A stretch of 64,000 nucleotides of DNA from contig JBCCHT010000035.1 in NCBI GenBank assembly GCA_039028615.1, positions 1-64,000 on the forward strand. Reading direction: 5' to 3'. The notes beneath the pieces are model-generated. The model was not told the DNA's origin. It worked only from the letters and a program-made list of their open reading frames with translations, and ran no database searches. A program made the position numbers and the translations under genes. The DNA comes from Myxococcota bacterium. GTDB taxonomy: Bacteria > Myxococcota_A > Polyangia > Nannocystales > Nannocystaceae. Shown one piece after another: positions 42,560 through 52,927 of this stretch; positions within the stretch are counted from its first letter, which is position 1, and each line of letters opens with the position of its first letter.

Positions 42560-44132
42560 CTCGTGGCACGCTCGCCAGCGAGCGCTGGCGCGAGCCTGGG
42601 TGGGAGACGCCACGCTCGAGCTCCCACCACTGCCCCACCCGGGCACAGACCCGGACGCACGAGCCCGAAGCCGCGCCACGGCCGACCGGGCCATCGCGAC
42701 GGCCCAGTACCCGCCCCAAGGCCCCCTGCCGAAACTCGAGGGAGCCGCGGCGCCGCTCCTGCTGACGTTGGTGGAGGCACGGAGTCAGGTGTTCGCGGCG
42801 AGGGCCATGCCCGGCCTGCGACGCAACCTGATCGTCTGGCATCGCACGGCGCTGCAGGACACCACCGTCTCGCCCTCACTGGGTTCGGAGCTGTTCCTCA
42901 TGGCCTGCACCGAGTTCACATCCGCGAGCCCCTCGCGGGCGGCTGGACTCCGTCGGGTCTTCGAAGCCCTGGAGTCCTGGGAGGCGTTCCTCGAGGCTGC
43001 CGAGCCGCTGGCTCGATCCGTGGCCGGAGAAGACCGAGGACCGACAGACCCGCAACCTCCAAGAAATGCAGAGCCAGAGTTCGAGCCCGAGTCCGAAGCA
43101 TCGCAGCGCCTCGGCCCGGACCTGGCCGTTCCGACGATGACGCCGGAGCCGGGTCCCGAGCCGCGATACCGCATCTACTCTCGTGCCGATGACGAGGTCA
43201 CCACCCCTGCGCGACTGGTGCCTCCTGCCCGGGCGAGGGAGCTTCGCAGAGTCCTGGACGGGGCCTCGAGCGGCCTCACGCCCGTGGAGCGCTCGCGATG
43301 GCGAGCCCTCCAGCGCCGCTTGCGAGCCCGGGGGCGCCCTCGGTGGGTCTTTGCGCAGCCCGAGGGCACACTCGACACCGCCCGTATCGCCCGAGTCGTG
43401 GTTCAGCCTTCGGACCCGCTCGCGTTCAAACGAGAGCAAGAGGGACCACGGCGCCCGGCCACCGTCAGCCTACTGATCGACTCGAGTCGATCGATGGCGG
43501 GACCGAAACTCCAGGCCGCCGCGGTCGCGGTCGATCTCCTCGCATCATCGCTCGAGGCCGCTTCGATTCCGGTCGAGGTGCTGGGCTACACCACCCGAGA
43601 CTGGAAGGGCGGACAACCCCGGCGCAGGTGGGAAGCCGAAGGACGCCCTCCTCGACCCGGACGGCTGTGTGCACTCCGGCATGTGGTCTACAAGGCCGCC
43701 GACACCCCCCTGCTACGAGCCCGTCCGCTCTTCGGCGTCTTGCTCGAGAGGTCGCTGCTCAAGGAAAACGTCGATGGGGAAGCGCTGTGGTGGGCCTATC
43801 AGCGCCTGCTGCGGAGGCCCGGTCGCCGCGTCTTGGTGGTGGTCTCGGACGGAGCGCCGGAGTGCGAGGCCACGCGGCGAGCCAACGCGGCCAGCTACCT
43901 CACCCGACACCTGCGCGACGTGATCGAGACGATCGAGTCCCACCGGCGAGTGGAGCTGTTCGCACTCGGGTTGGATCGACGCGCGAGTCGGCTGTACTCA
44001 CGCCACGTCTTCGTGGACTCGGCGACGAACATCGGCGAGGCGCTGCGGCGTCTGACCCACGAGCTCGTGTCTGGAGCGGCTAGTCCACATCCTCGCGCGG
44101 CTCACCGCGTCGGATCAGGTACGTATCCATGA
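42549..44132 (+). CDS. cobT: Aerobic cobaltochelatase vWA subunit CobT (divergent N-terminus)
   Basis: LLIDSSRSM, EVLGYTTRDWKGG, GRLCALRHVVYK, LLKENVDGEAL and SDGAP. Confidence 0.85.
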   Translation: MRDSSWHARQRALARAWVGDATLELPPLPHPGTDPDARARSRATADRAIATAQYPPQGPLPKLEGAAAPLLLTLVEARSQVFAARAMPGLRRNLIVWHRTALQDTTVSPSLGSELFLMACTEFTSASPSRAAGLRRVFEALESWEAFLEAAEPLARSVAGEDRGPTDPQPPRNAEPEFEPESEASQRLGPDLAVPTMTPEPGPEPRYRIYSRADDEVTTPARLVPPARARELRRVLDGASSGLTPVERSRWRALQRRLRARGRPRWVFAQPEGTLDTARIARVVVQPSDPLAFKREQEGPRRPATVSLLIDSSRSMAGPKLQAAAVAVDLLASSLEAASIPVEVLGYTTRDWKGGQPRRRWEAEGRPPRPGRLCALRHVVYKAADTPLLRARPLFGVLLERSLLKENVDGEALWWAYQRLLRRPGRRVLVVVSDGAPECEATRRANAASYLTRHLRDVIETIESHRRVELFALGLDRRASRLYSRHVFVDSATNIGEALRRLTHELVSGAASPHPRAAHRVGSGTYP

Positions 44133-44856
44133 TCCAGCCGTGCTCGCGCCGGGCTTGCTCGCGAACGGCGACGATCTCGTCGCTGACCCGTGCCAGCGGC
44201 CCCGCGATCAGCCTCTGCTCCGGCATGGCGAGATAGGCCCCCCACCACACGTGCAGGCCAGGCTCGTCCACGAGCCCTCGGAAGCGGGTGGAGCCATCGA
44301 GCATCACCACCACCGACTCCGCGTTGGCCGGGAACCCCTCGGCCGCGAGCCGTCGGCCAGTGGTGACGAGGACACTCCCGCCGACCGTGTTGAGGGTGAT
44401 GCCATGGGCGGTCGTCAGTGCCTGCAGAGCCGTGATGCCCGGGATGATTTCGATGTGGGGAACCGGGCGCAGTCGCCGGGCCACTCGCGTCGTGCTGTCG
44501 TACAGGGAGGGATCGCCCCATACGAGCATCGCCACGCGGCGGGCGTCGGGTGCCGAGCCCGCCAGCGCTTCGGTCCAGGCGTTCGCGAGCGCGTCGTGCC
44601 AGGCCTCGACCCCTTCGCAATAGGGCGCGGAGGTGTCTCGCCGCGGCACGATGAACCGCACCAGCGGAGGGCGCGAACGCCCCGCGAACACGACGTCGAG
44701 GAGTTGGTCACGCACCTCGGCCAGCCGAGCCTTCGCGGGACCCTTGTCCGGCAGGAGGATCGCGTCAGCTCGACGCAGGGCGTCGATGGCGCCCGTAGTC
44801 AAGTGACTCGGGCTGCCCGTGCCGATGCCGACGAGGAGGAGCCGCTCCAAGCTCAT
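44080..44856 (-). CDS. cobF: Precorrin-6A synthase (deacetylating)
   Basis: LVGIGTGSPSHLT, LVWGDPSLYDST, IPGIT, VWWGAYL and ARREHGWIMDTYL. Confidence 0.95.
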   Translation of the reverse strand: MSLERLLLVGIGTGSPSHLTTGAIDALRRADAILLPDKGPAKARLAEVRDQLLDVVFAGRSRPPLVRFIVPRRDTSAPYCEGVEAWHDALANAWTEALAGSAPDARRVAMLVWGDPSLYDSTTRVARRLRPVPHIEIIPGITALQALTTAHGITLNTVGGSVLVTTGRRLAAEGFPANAESVVVMLDGSTRFRGLVDEPGLHVWWGAYLAMPEQRLIAGPLARVSDEIVAVREQARREHGWIMDTYLIRRGEPREDVD

Positions 44857-44870
44857 CCCACGACCAAGGC

Positions 44871-45590
44871 TCAGTTGCTGGCGGTCGCGGACTGGAACAG
44901 ACGCGGAACGAAGAGCGATCCGCGTCCGTCGGTGCCGCCGCTCCGGCCCTGGAAGCGCTTGGCAATCCCCAGCGCGGCGACGTCGACCAGAGGCTCGAGC
45001 AGAGCCACGGGCGCATAGGCGACGGCGAACGTCGCCACGGACGAGATGGACAGGGCGGTCACCCCTTGGCCGTACATCACCCAAAACGCGACCCAGCCCA
45101 CGACGCCGGCCTGGTAGCTCAGGGAGAGCTTGAGTGCATCGCCGTAGCGGAGGTCCACGTAGCGGCGCCCACCCGTGACCCTACGAGCAAGGGCTGCGGT
45201 CGCGAACAGGGGGACCAGCAACGAGGTCAGGTTGGCCCCGAACTGGGGAAAGTCCGTTGGAGACAGGAACAAGGCCTGCAGGAGCAGACCGAGGGAGAGC
45301 CCGACGGTGGAGGCACCCGCCCCCAAAAACAGCAGCAACATCGTGCCGAAGATGAAGTGCACCTCGGACGGTCCGACCGGGAAATGGGGCAACAGCTCGA
45401 AGAACACCAGGGTGCCGAGGGTCGCGACCGCCGAGCGTAGTCCGAGGGTCAGGCTGCCGGCGATCGGGCCCGCCGCGTCCTCTCGGATCTCCTTGCGCAA
45501 CAAATTCGCACCATAGAGCACGGCGGCCGTCGAAGTTCCGTAGCTCAGCAGGATCTTGGTCGCGTCCAGGACGCCCGGCTCGATGTGCAT
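44871..45590 (-). CDS. cbiM: CbiM-like cobalt transporter S component
   Basis: N-terminal MHIEPG, HFPVGPSEVHFIFG and QFGANLTSLLVPL. Multiple TM segments. Confidence 0.85.
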   Translation of the reverse strand: MHIEPGVLDATKILLSYGTSTAAVLYGANLLRKEIREDAAGPIAGSLTLGLRSAVATLGTLVFFELLPHFPVGPSEVHFIFGTMLLLFLGAGASTVGLSLGLLLQALFLSPTDFPQFGANLTSLLVPLFATAALARRVTGGRRYVDLRYGDALKLSLSYQAGVVGWVAFWVMYGQGVTALSISSVATFAVAYAPVALLEPLVDVAALGIAKRFQGRSGGTDGRGSLFVPRLFQSATASN

Positions 45591-45623
45591 GCCCCGCAGA
45601 TTGCGGCAACGCGTATGAGTTCG

Positions 45624-46946
45624 TCAACTCTTCGTCGCCGTGGAAACGGCATGGAAGAAGGAACCGCTGACAGACCCGCGTCGCGAGCCCGTTTCCGCCA
45701 CCGGGGTGCCGTTGGCATCGCTGACATGCGCCAAGGGGGCGTCCCGGGTCTCCACGACTCGCGAGTAGCGGAACTCATGACCACGCAGAACACCGGCCCC
45801 CGGCAGGGCCAGCGGAGGCTCTTCGAGAGAGGCGACACGATAGCCCAGGTGGAGCTTTCGTTTGGCGTAGCTCGTCACGAGGCCGAGCAGTCCGAGCATG
45901 GGGTGGCGCTCGCCGTTCGCGTCGATGAGCGCCTCTCCGAGCACCATGTAGCCGCCGCACTCGCCGTGGATCGGGCATCCTCGCGCGGCGAGGTCGCGCA
46001 TCCCTTCGCGAAAGCCACTCGCGGCCGCGATGCGAGACGCATGAAGCTCGGGGTAGCCCCCCGGCAACCAGACGAGATCAGCGGACGGATCCGGGGCTTC
46101 ATCCGCGAGCGGAGAAAAGGGCAAAAGCTGGGCGCCGCTCGCCCGCCAGCCATCGAGCACATGCGGGTATACGAACGAGAACGCCTCGTCGCGTGCAATC
46201 GCGATGCGAGAGCCCACGACCTCCAGCGGCACCGCCGGATCGGTGGCGGCGGGGAGTTCCCCGGTGGCCGCGTCGATGATGGCCTCGACGTCGACGTGAG
46301 CACGGACAAACTCGGCGTAGCCGGCGATCTTCTCCTCGACGTCGGCCTGCTCGGCCGCTTGCAGCAGCCCGAGGTGGCGCTCGGGAAGCGACAGATCAGG
46401 CCGGCGGGGCAGCACTCCCAAGACCGGGATGCCGACCCGCTCGAGGCCGCGACGGGCGAGCCTCGCGTGGCGCTCGCTCGCCACCCGGTTGAGCACCACC
46501 CCCGCGAGGGGTGGTGCATCAGGGTGCTCGCGATACCCCAGAGCCGTCGCTGCGGCGGACTGGGCCTGGCCGCGGACGTCGAGCACGAGGAGCACCGACC
46601 AGCCGAAGCGCACGGCCGTCTCCGCACTGCTCCCGGTCCCGGTCGCCCCGTTGCTGGCGACCCCGTCGAACAGGCCCATCGAGCCCTCGGCGACGATCAG
46701 GTCCGCGTCCGCGGCGTGGCGGGCAAGCCCATCGAGCAAGGCCGGCGCCATCGCCCACGTATCGAGGTTGTAGCTCGGCCGACCACCAGCGCGCCGATGG
46801 AACTCCGGATCGATGTAGTCCGGGCCGTTCTTGAACGGTTGAACCCGAAGCCCTCGATCCCGTAGGGCCCGGATGAGCCCGAGGGTCAGTGTCGTCTTGC
46901 CGCTGCCCGATGCGGGCGCGGCGATCATGAGTCCGGGGACGGTCAT
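45624..46946 (-). CDS. cobB: Hydrogenobyrinate/cobyrinate a,c-diamide synthase
   Basis: [57 protein letters not shown] and GHEF. Confidence 0.95.
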   Translation of the reverse strand: MTVPGLMIAAPASGSGKTTLTLGLIRALRDRGLRVQPFKNGPDYIDPEFHRRAGGRPSYNLDTWAMAPALLDGLARHAADADLIVAEGSMGLFDGVASNGATGTGSSAETAVRFGWSVLLVLDVRGQAQSAAATALGYREHPDAPPLAGVVLNRVASERHARLARRGLERVGIPVLGVLPRRPDLSLPERHLGLLQAAEQADVEEKIAGYAEFVRAHVDVEAIIDAATGELPAATDPAVPLEVVGSRIAIARDEAFSFVYPHVLDGWRASGAQLLPFSPLADEAPDPSADLVWLPGGYPELHASRIAAASGFREGMRDLAARGCPIHGECGGYMVLGEALIDANGERHPMLGLLGLVTSYAKRKLHLGYRVASLEEPPLALPGAGVLRGHEFRYSRVVETRDAPLAHVSDANGTPVAETGSRRGSVSGSFFHAVSTATKS

Positions 46947-47704
46947 TCGGGGCCTCCGGGGCGAAACCGGCGAGGATAGCCGATGCTGTACAGCGCGCTC
47001 TCTTGGAAGTCGGTCGAGGCCAGGCTCTTGCCGACCAAGATCACCGCGGTGCGATCGACGGCCGGATCGACCGCGTCCACCAAGGTCCCGAGCGTAGCGC
47101 GAAAGAGGCGTTGGTCGGGCCACGAGACGCGATAGGCGACCGCCGCGGGGCACTGTGGCCCATAGTGAGGGAGCAGCGTCGCGACGACGTCTGCGAGCGT
47201 GTGGATCGAAAGATGGACCGCGAGCAGAGCCCCGGTCGAAGCGTAGACCTCGAGCTGCTCGCGCGGCGGCATCGCAGACGCGCGCCCCGGGGTCCGGGTC
47301 AGCACGACCGTCTGCGTGAGCGCGGGCAAGGTCAGCTCGACCTCGAGTGCTGCAGCGGCGGCGGCAAACGAAGGCACGCCCGGCGTCACCGTGAACGGCA
47401 CCTCGGCCGCGCGCAGGCGACGAAGTTGTTCGCCCATCGCGGACCAGATCGAAAGGTCCCCCGAATGGAGGCGGGCCACGTCGAGCCCCGCCTCGGTGGC
47501 TCGGACACACTCACCGACGATCTGCTCGAGATCCATCGATGCCGTGTCCAGGACTCGGGCGCCCTCGGGACAAAGGGCCAGCAGGTCACGCGGTACGAGC
47601 GACCCGGCGTACAGACAGACCGGACAGGACGCGATCAGTCGCTGCCCGCGAACGGTGACGAGGTCGGCCGAGCCTGGCCCTGCACCAATGAAGTGAACGG
47701 TCAC
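46943..47704 (-). CDS. cobM: Precorrin-4 C11-methyltransferase
   Basis: [30 protein letters not shown] and ESALY. GTG start overlaps the cobL stop. Confidence 0.95.
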   Translation of the reverse strand: MTVHFIGAGPGSADLVTVRGQRLIASCPVCLYAGSLVPRDLLALCPEGARVLDTASMDLEQIVGECVRATEAGLDVARLHSGDLSIWSAMGEQLRRLRAAEVPFTVTPGVPSFAAAAAALEVELTLPALTQTVVLTRTPGRASAMPPREQLEVYASTGALLAVHLSIHTLADVVATLLPHYGPQCPAAVAYRVSWPDQRLFRATLGTLVDAVDPAVDRTAVILVGKSLASTDFQESALYSIGYPRRFRPGGPE

Positions 47705-48915
47705 GGTTTCATTCCTCGCTGAGCGCTCCACTGCACGAGCGGAATCGCGGGCTGCCAGGCGTGTCTGCGGCCCAGCGATCGCGGGCGCGCCAGGTCGATC
47801 CTCAGCAGGTCACCCCCGACCCTCTCGCTCCAGCGCATCACGAGCTGCTGAGACTCGAGGGTCACCGCGTTGGTCACCAGCCGGGCGCCGGGCGGGAGGC
47901 GAGCCCAGACCTCGCCGAGCAATTCCTCGCTCAGGCCTCCCCCGATGAACACCGCGTGGGGCAGCGGCAGCTCGTCGAGCATCTCGATGCTCGACCCCTC
48001 GCGCAGGTCCAGCTTCACGCCGAATCGCGCCGCGTTGCGACGCGCCCGCTCGGCCCGGTCCGGGTCGCGCTCGATCGCCGTCGCCGACAGGGAGGGTGCA
48101 CGCAGGAGCCACTCGATGGCCACCGAGCCCGCGCCTGCCCCGAGGTCCCACAGGCGCTCCCCCGGACGAGGAGCGAGCGCGGCGAGGGTCAGGGCCCGGA
48201 CGGGGCCCTTGGTGATCTGGCCATCGTGCTCGAACCGCTCTTCCGAGATCCCCGGAGTCAGGGGGACGACATCCCCGGTGCCCTCGATCTCCACCCCGAC
48301 GAGCACTGGATGCTCGATTCCCTCCGGGGGGCCCTCGGCGGCCGCCCGGACACGAACGCGCTCTCGCCCGCCGCCGAGCGCCTCGAGGACATGCACGGTC
48401 GTCTCGCCGAAGCCCCAGTCGGACAGCAGCCGCATCCACTCTCGCACCGCCTCGCCATCCCGCAGGTAGACGAGCATTCGGGCTCCCGGCGCGACATGAC
48501 GACGTGCATTCGTCAGCGGCTTCGCGTGCAACCCCAGGCAGACGCACCGCTCGAGCGGCCAGGCGAGTCGGGCCGCCGCGAGGGAGAAGGTGGAGGGTGC
48601 GGGGAGACATCGCCACTCGCCTGGTTCGAGGCGCGACGCGATCGGAACCCCTGCGCCGTGCCAAAACGGCGCGCCCGAGGCCAATACGACCGTCGCCGTG
48701 CCGCGACACTGCAGCAACCGCTCGTACCCGGCGGCGAACGGGACCGGCCACTCGTGCCGAGCGGCCTGAGGGCAGAGCCCGGCCACCAGCGCGAGGTGGC
48801 GAGGCGGCCCCATCACGATCTCCGCCTCGGCCAACGCCGAGCGGCTTGCGGAGCCGAGTCCGTCGGGACTATCTTCTCCGACCCCGACGATGGTCAACCA
48901 GGGCAGCTCAGCCAA
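47701..48915 (-). CDS. cobL: Precorrin-6Y C5,15-methyltransferase (decarboxylating), CbiE-CbiT fusion
   Basis: [42 protein letters not shown] and NAVTLE. TTG start at 48915 inferred. Confidence 0.9.
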   Translation of the reverse strand: MAELPWLTIVGVGEDSPDGLGSASRSALAEAEIVMGPPRHLALVAGLCPQAARHEWPVPFAAGYERLLQCRGTATVVLASGAPFWHGAGVPIASRLEPGEWRCLPAPSTFSLAAARLAWPLERCVCLGLHAKPLTNARRHVAPGARMLVYLRDGEAVREWMRLLSDWGFGETTVHVLEALGGGRERVRVRAAAEGPPEGIEHPVLVGVEIEGTGDVVPLTPGISEERFEHDGQITKGPVRALTLAALAPRPGERLWDLGAGAGSVAIEWLLRAPSLSATAIERDPDRAERARRNAARFGVKLDLREGSSIEMLDELPLPHAVFIGGGLSEELLGEVWARLPPGARLVTNAVTLESQQLVMRWSERVGGDLLRIDLARPRSLGRRHAWQPAIPLVQWSAQRGMKP

Positions 48916-49666
48916 GGCGCGGATCCTGCTGCTGGGAGGGAGTTCGGAGGCGAGCCTGCTCGCACGGGCCCTTGCTCGCACCGAGGTGCCGGCGGTCTTC
49001 AGCTACGCGGGACGGGTCAAGACGCTCACCCCCCAGCCGCTGCCGACCCGGGTGGGTGGCTTCGGCGGAGTGGAAGGGCTGATCGCCTACCTGCGCAGCG
49101 AGGGGATCACGCACGTCATCGACGCGACCCACCCCTTCGCCAGCCGCATGAGTGAACACGCCGCCCGGGCTTGCGAGGCGACGAGAACGCACCACGTCGC
49201 GCTGGTCCGCCCTCCCTGGACGCCTGAGCCGGCCGATCACTGGGACAGCGTGCCCGACATGGACGCCGCGGTCGAGGCCCTGGGCTCGACGCCCCAGCGT
49301 GTGTTCCTGGCGATTGGTCGCCAGCACGTGGGCGTGTTCCGAGACCGCCCCGACCACTTCTACCTGCTTCGGTTCGTGGAGGCCCCCGAAGATCCCGTGG
49401 GCTTGCCCCTTCACGCGGTGGTGGTGGCACGCGGACCCTTCGTGGTCCAAAGCGAGATCGAGCTGATGCAGCGTCACCGCATCGAGGTCGTCGTCTGCAA
49501 GAACGCGGGGGGGAGCGCGGCCCGGGCCAAGCTCGACGCCGCCCGCGAGCTCGGGCTCCGCGTGGTGATGATCCGCCGCCCCCCTGCGGTCGATGGCGTG
49601 CACGTGGGCACGGTGCAGGAGGGTCTCGCCTGGCTCGCTCATTCGGGCGTGGACCTCGGCGAGTAG
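48890..49666 (+). CDS. cobK: Precorrin-6A reductase
   Basis: ILLLGGSSEA, SYAGR, RVGGFGGVEGL, IDATHPFA, RPPW, ARGPF and KNAGG...KLDAARELG. Confidence 0.95.
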   Translation: MVNQGSSAKARILLLGGSSEASLLARALARTEVPAVFSYAGRVKTLTPQPLPTRVGGFGGVEGLIAYLRSEGITHVIDATHPFASRMSEHAARACEATRTHHVALVRPPWTPEPADHWDSVPDMDAAVEALGSTPQRVFLAIGRQHVGVFRDRPDHFYLLRFVEAPEDPVGLPLHAVVVARGPFVVQSEIELMQRHRIEVVVCKNAGGSAARAKLDAARELGLRVVMIRRPPAVDGVHVGTVQEGLAWLAHSGVDLGE

Positions 49667-50403
49667 ACGTACGGAGGCTTCCCCCCCGACCGCTCGACCA
49701 GACGGGTCCGAGAGGAGCCGACGAGCACGACCGTGCGCATGTCCGCCATGTCGCCACGAGCCTCGCCGAGGGGAACGACCCGAATGAACTCGTCCGGGGT
49801 GGAGACGGCACGCGCAAAGATGACCGGTCTGCTCCCCTCTACGCGACCCCGCATCAACTCGAGGATCTGGTCGAGATCGTCGGGACGCCGGACCGAGCGA
49901 GGGTTGTACAGAGCCATCGCGAAGTCACCGTCGAGCGCAGCCCGGATGCGTCGCTCCAGCAGCGCCCACGGCTTGAGGTTGCACGACAGGTTGATGGCAC
50001 AAAAGTCGTGGCCAAGCGGCGCCCCGACCCGGGCCGCGGCGGCGAGCATGGCCGTGATACCCGGCAAGACCTCCACCGCGACGTCCCGCAAAGACGGGTC
50101 GGCGTCCAGGACCTCGAAGACCGCGGCGGCCATCGCAAACACCCCCGGATCCCCCGACGAGACCACGGCGACGCGGCGACCGGCCTGCGCCAGCTGCAGG
50201 GCATGGCGCGCTCGCTCGGCCTCGTCTCCGTTGCCGCTGACGTGGCGCGTGACCGTCGAGGCGAGACTCAGGCGTTCGACGTAGGTCCGATACCCGACCA
50301 CGTCGGTCGCGGCCTCGAGGCTGCTGCGGACCATCGGAGTGACCAGCCCGGACGCGCCTGGGCCCACCCCCACGACCGCCACCCAGCCCTCGCCTGCGCT
50401 CAT
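49639..50403 (-). CDS. cobJ: Precorrin-3B C17-methyltransferase
   Basis: VVGVGPG, VVSSGDPGVFAMA, GAPLGHDFCAINLS, LYNPRS and DMRTVVLVGS. Confidence 0.95.
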   Translation of the reverse strand: MSAGEGWVAVVGVGPGASGLVTPMVRSSLEAATDVVGYRTYVERLSLASTVTRHVSGNGDEAERARHALQLAQAGRRVAVVSSGDPGVFAMAAAVFEVLDADPSLRDVAVEVLPGITAMLAAAARVGAPLGHDFCAINLSCNLKPWALLERRIRAALDGDFAMALYNPRSVRRPDDLDQILELMRGRVEGSRPVIFARAVSTPDEFIRVVPLGEARGDMADMRTVVLVGSSRTRLVERSGGKPPYVYSPRSTPE

Positions 50404-51131
50404 GGCTGCCCCGCCGTTCCGTGCACCACGACCACGGAAAAATAGGGGGCGACGTGGGACTGCGGAAGCTCGGCGAGGCGATGGACTCGCTGCTGGGGCA
50501 TCGTCGCGTACTCGACCAACCAGGCCCGCTGGGCGAGGCCCGCCGCATGCAGGGCTCGCCGCACCTTGGGGAGCTGTCGGCCGAGCTTCATCACCACGAG
50601 GGCGTCGGTGTCGCGCATGCGTCGGACCAGCTCCTCTTCGCTGTCGATCCCGGTGAGCACGGTCATCACCTCGGTGCCTCGGGTGACCGGGACTCCGGTC
50701 AGGGTCCAGGCCGCCGACATGCTGGTGATCCCGGGGACGACCTCCACCTGCGCCTCTTCCGGGAGCCGATCGTACAGGTGCATGAACGAACCGTAGAAGA
50801 ACGGATCCCCCTCGCAGATGACCGCGACCTCGTGCCCCTGACGGGCGAGCTTCCAGACTTCGTTCGTGCTCTCGTCGTAGAACTCGAGCATCAGCGCCTT
50901 GTACCGCGCGTCGGTATGGGGGAGCTCGGTGGTGACCGGGTACTCGAGGGGGAGGCTCTCGACCTGATCACCGAGATAGGCATCGGCGATGCTGCGGGCG
51001 CGTCCCTTGCTCCCCGCCTTGCGGAAGAAGGCCACGTACCGGGCCCGCTCGAGAATCCGGGCCGCGCGGACCGTGACCAGGTCCGGGTCCCCCGGGCCGA
51101 CGCCCACCCCGTAGATCGTTCCTGTCGTCAT
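50400..51131 (-). CDS. cobI: Precorrin-2 C20-methyltransferase
   Basis: GTIYGVGVGPGDPDLVT, YPVTTE, CEGDPFFYGSFMHL, VVMKLGR and PYFS. Confidence 0.95.
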   Translation of the reverse strand: MTTGTIYGVGVGPGDPDLVTVRAARILERARYVAFFRKAGSKGRARSIADAYLGDQVESLPLEYPVTTELPHTDARYKALMLEFYDESTNEVWKLARQGHEVAVICEGDPFFYGSFMHLYDRLPEEAQVEVVPGITSMSAAWTLTGVPVTRGTEVMTVLTGIDSEEELVRRMRDTDALVVMKLGRQLPKVRRALHAAGLAQRAWLVEYATMPQQRVHRLAELPQSHVAPYFSVVVVHGTAGQP

Positions 51132-51757
51132 TCTTGCTCGCTCGCTAGCGCATTCACGGCGGCGCTGGTGATGGCACTGCCCCCGAGCCTCCCCCGGACG
51201 ATCACACACGGGACCGGGCGAGCCTTCCACAGCTCTTCCTTGCTCTCCATCGCGCCCACGAAGCCGACGGGGCAACCGATGATCGCGGCGGGTCGAGGGC
51301 AGGCGGGGTCTTGCAGCATCTCGAGGAGTCGGAACAGGGCAGTCGGTGCGTTTCCGATGGCGACGAGGGCACCGTCGAGCATCGGTCGCCAAAGCTCCAT
51401 CGCCGCGGCGGTGCGGGTCGTCCCCATCGACTTGGCGAGACCGGCGACCGGGGGCTCTCGCAGGGTGCAGATCACCTCGTTGTCCGCCGGGAGGCGAGTG
51501 CGAGTGACCCCCTGGGCGACCATGTTCGTGTCGCAGAGGACCGGCGCTCCCGCGAGCAATGCCGCCCTCGCTCGCTCCGCGAAGTCCGGCGAGAACGCCA
51601 CGTGGCCAGCCAGCTCGACCATGCCCGAAGCGTGAATCATCCGCACCACGACGGGCTCTTGCGCCGGGCTGAACTCTCCCAGCGCGGCCTCTCGCCGAAT
51701 CGTGGCAAAGGAGGCGGCGTAGATCCGGCTCCCGTCGCGCTCATAGGAATAGGGCAT
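51128..51757 (-). CDS. cobH: Precorrin-8X methylmutase
   Basis: IYAASFATIRRE, RMIHA, AIGNAPTALF, PVGFVGAMESK and GRLGGSAITSAAVNA. Confidence 0.95.
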   Translation of the reverse strand: MPYSYERDGSRIYAASFATIRREAALGEFSPAQEPVVVRMIHASGMVELAGHVAFSPDFAERARAALLAGAPVLCDTNMVAQGVTRTRLPADNEVICTLREPPVAGLAKSMGTTRTAAAMELWRPMLDGALVAIGNAPTALFRLLEMLQDPACPRPAAIIGCPVGFVGAMESKEELWKARPVPCVIVRGRLGGSAITSAAVNALASEQE

Positions 51758-51765
51758 GGGCGGCA

Positions 51766-52923
51766 CTATGCACCGTCGAGGAGCTGCTCGGGGCTCAGCC
51801 CCTGCTGCACGGGAAGTCCGTCGGCAGATCCCCCACGTACGAGGTCGAACGACCCAGCGCGGCCGACGCAGACGACATCTGCCGGTCGAGAGCGTGCACA
51901 TCCCTTGCTGCACCCGGCGACGTGGATGCTCGGGCCGCGACCCCCCGGGCGAAGTCGCCGGGCGAGCCGATGAGCCAGCCCACGCGTCTCCACCGTGGCC
52001 TGCGCGCAGCCCGGTGCCCCGGGGCAGGCGTCCACCCCCACGATCGGATCGGACTCGTCGGTCAGCAAATCGGGATGCGTGACGTCTCGGACCCCCTCGA
52101 GCAGCAGGCTGCGCCACGGCGTGACTCGCATCGATCGCACGCCAAAGTCCACGGTCAGCTTTCGGAGGGTCGTGGCCGAGACCACGCCAAACGGAGCCCC
52201 CAACAAAGTGCCGGCCGCATGCGGACCGAGCGAAGGCGGCGGGGTCGAGCCGACCGGAGGGCTCGATCCCACGAGTGCAGCGGGCGGCCGTGTGTACTGC
52301 ATCAACGCCGCCATGCTGCGACGCGCCGCGGTTCGGTGCTCACGAAACCACGCGATCGCCTCCAGGACGGTCTGGACCGCTCGCTCGGGGCTGTAGCTGC
52401 ACCCACCGGGCTCTGGTCCGAGGCGAACGAGCACCCCGCCCTGTGATTCCGGACGCTCCACCCTCAGGTCGGCGGGGATGCTGGCCAGCTCCCGTCGCGG
52501 TCCGATGTCCACGACGATCGTGAACTTGGGCGGGAGATCGGACACCGCCGCGAGGGCGGCGCGGAGCGTCACGCCCAGGGCCCAGCCGTCACCTCCCGGC
52601 TCGGCGAACGGGCTCACCAAGATCCGGGGGCTCTCCAGCTCGGGCGCGGCGGGAGCGAGCGCGTCGTCGACCAGAGCCTCGATCAACGACGTCCAGTTCG
52701 CCTCCGACACGCCGCGTAGCTGGATCCCCCCTCGGCGGGTGAGGGTGACTTCTCCGTTGGCGAACTCCTCCGCCAGCCGGGCCAGAGCGAGAACCTGCGC
52801 GGGCTCGAGCCGACCGGCGAACGGGCGCAAGGTCGTCAGCAACCCATCGCCCGACGGCATGGGACGCCACGCGGAGGGGCACCAGCCTCGGACCGCGGGC
52901 GCAGACGACGGGGGGCGGGTCAC
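51766..52923 (-). CDS. cobG: Precorrin-3B synthase (O2-dependent monooxygenase, Fe-S)
   Basis: VRGWCPSAWRPMPSGDGLL, LPPKF, RVTPWR, ACPGAPGC and HVAGCSKGCA. GTG start at 52923 inferred. Confidence 0.9.
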   Translation of the reverse strand: MTRPPSSAPAVRGWCPSAWRPMPSGDGLLTTLRPFAGRLEPAQVLALARLAEEFANGEVTLTRRGGIQLRGVSEANWTSLIEALVDDALAPAAPELESPRILVSPFAEPGGDGWALGVTLRAALAAVSDLPPKFTIVVDIGPRRELASIPADLRVERPESQGGVLVRLGPEPGGCSYSPERAVQTVLEAIAWFREHRTAARRSMAALMQYTRPPAALVGSSPPVGSTPPPSLGPHAAGTLLGAPFGVVSATTLRKLTVDFGVRSMRVTPWRSLLLEGVRDVTHPDLLTDESDPIVGVDACPGAPGCAQATVETRGLAHRLARRLRPGGRGPSIHVAGCSKGCARSRPADVVCVGRAGSFDLVRGGSADGLPVQQGLSPEQLLDGA

Positions 52924-52927
52924 GGCT

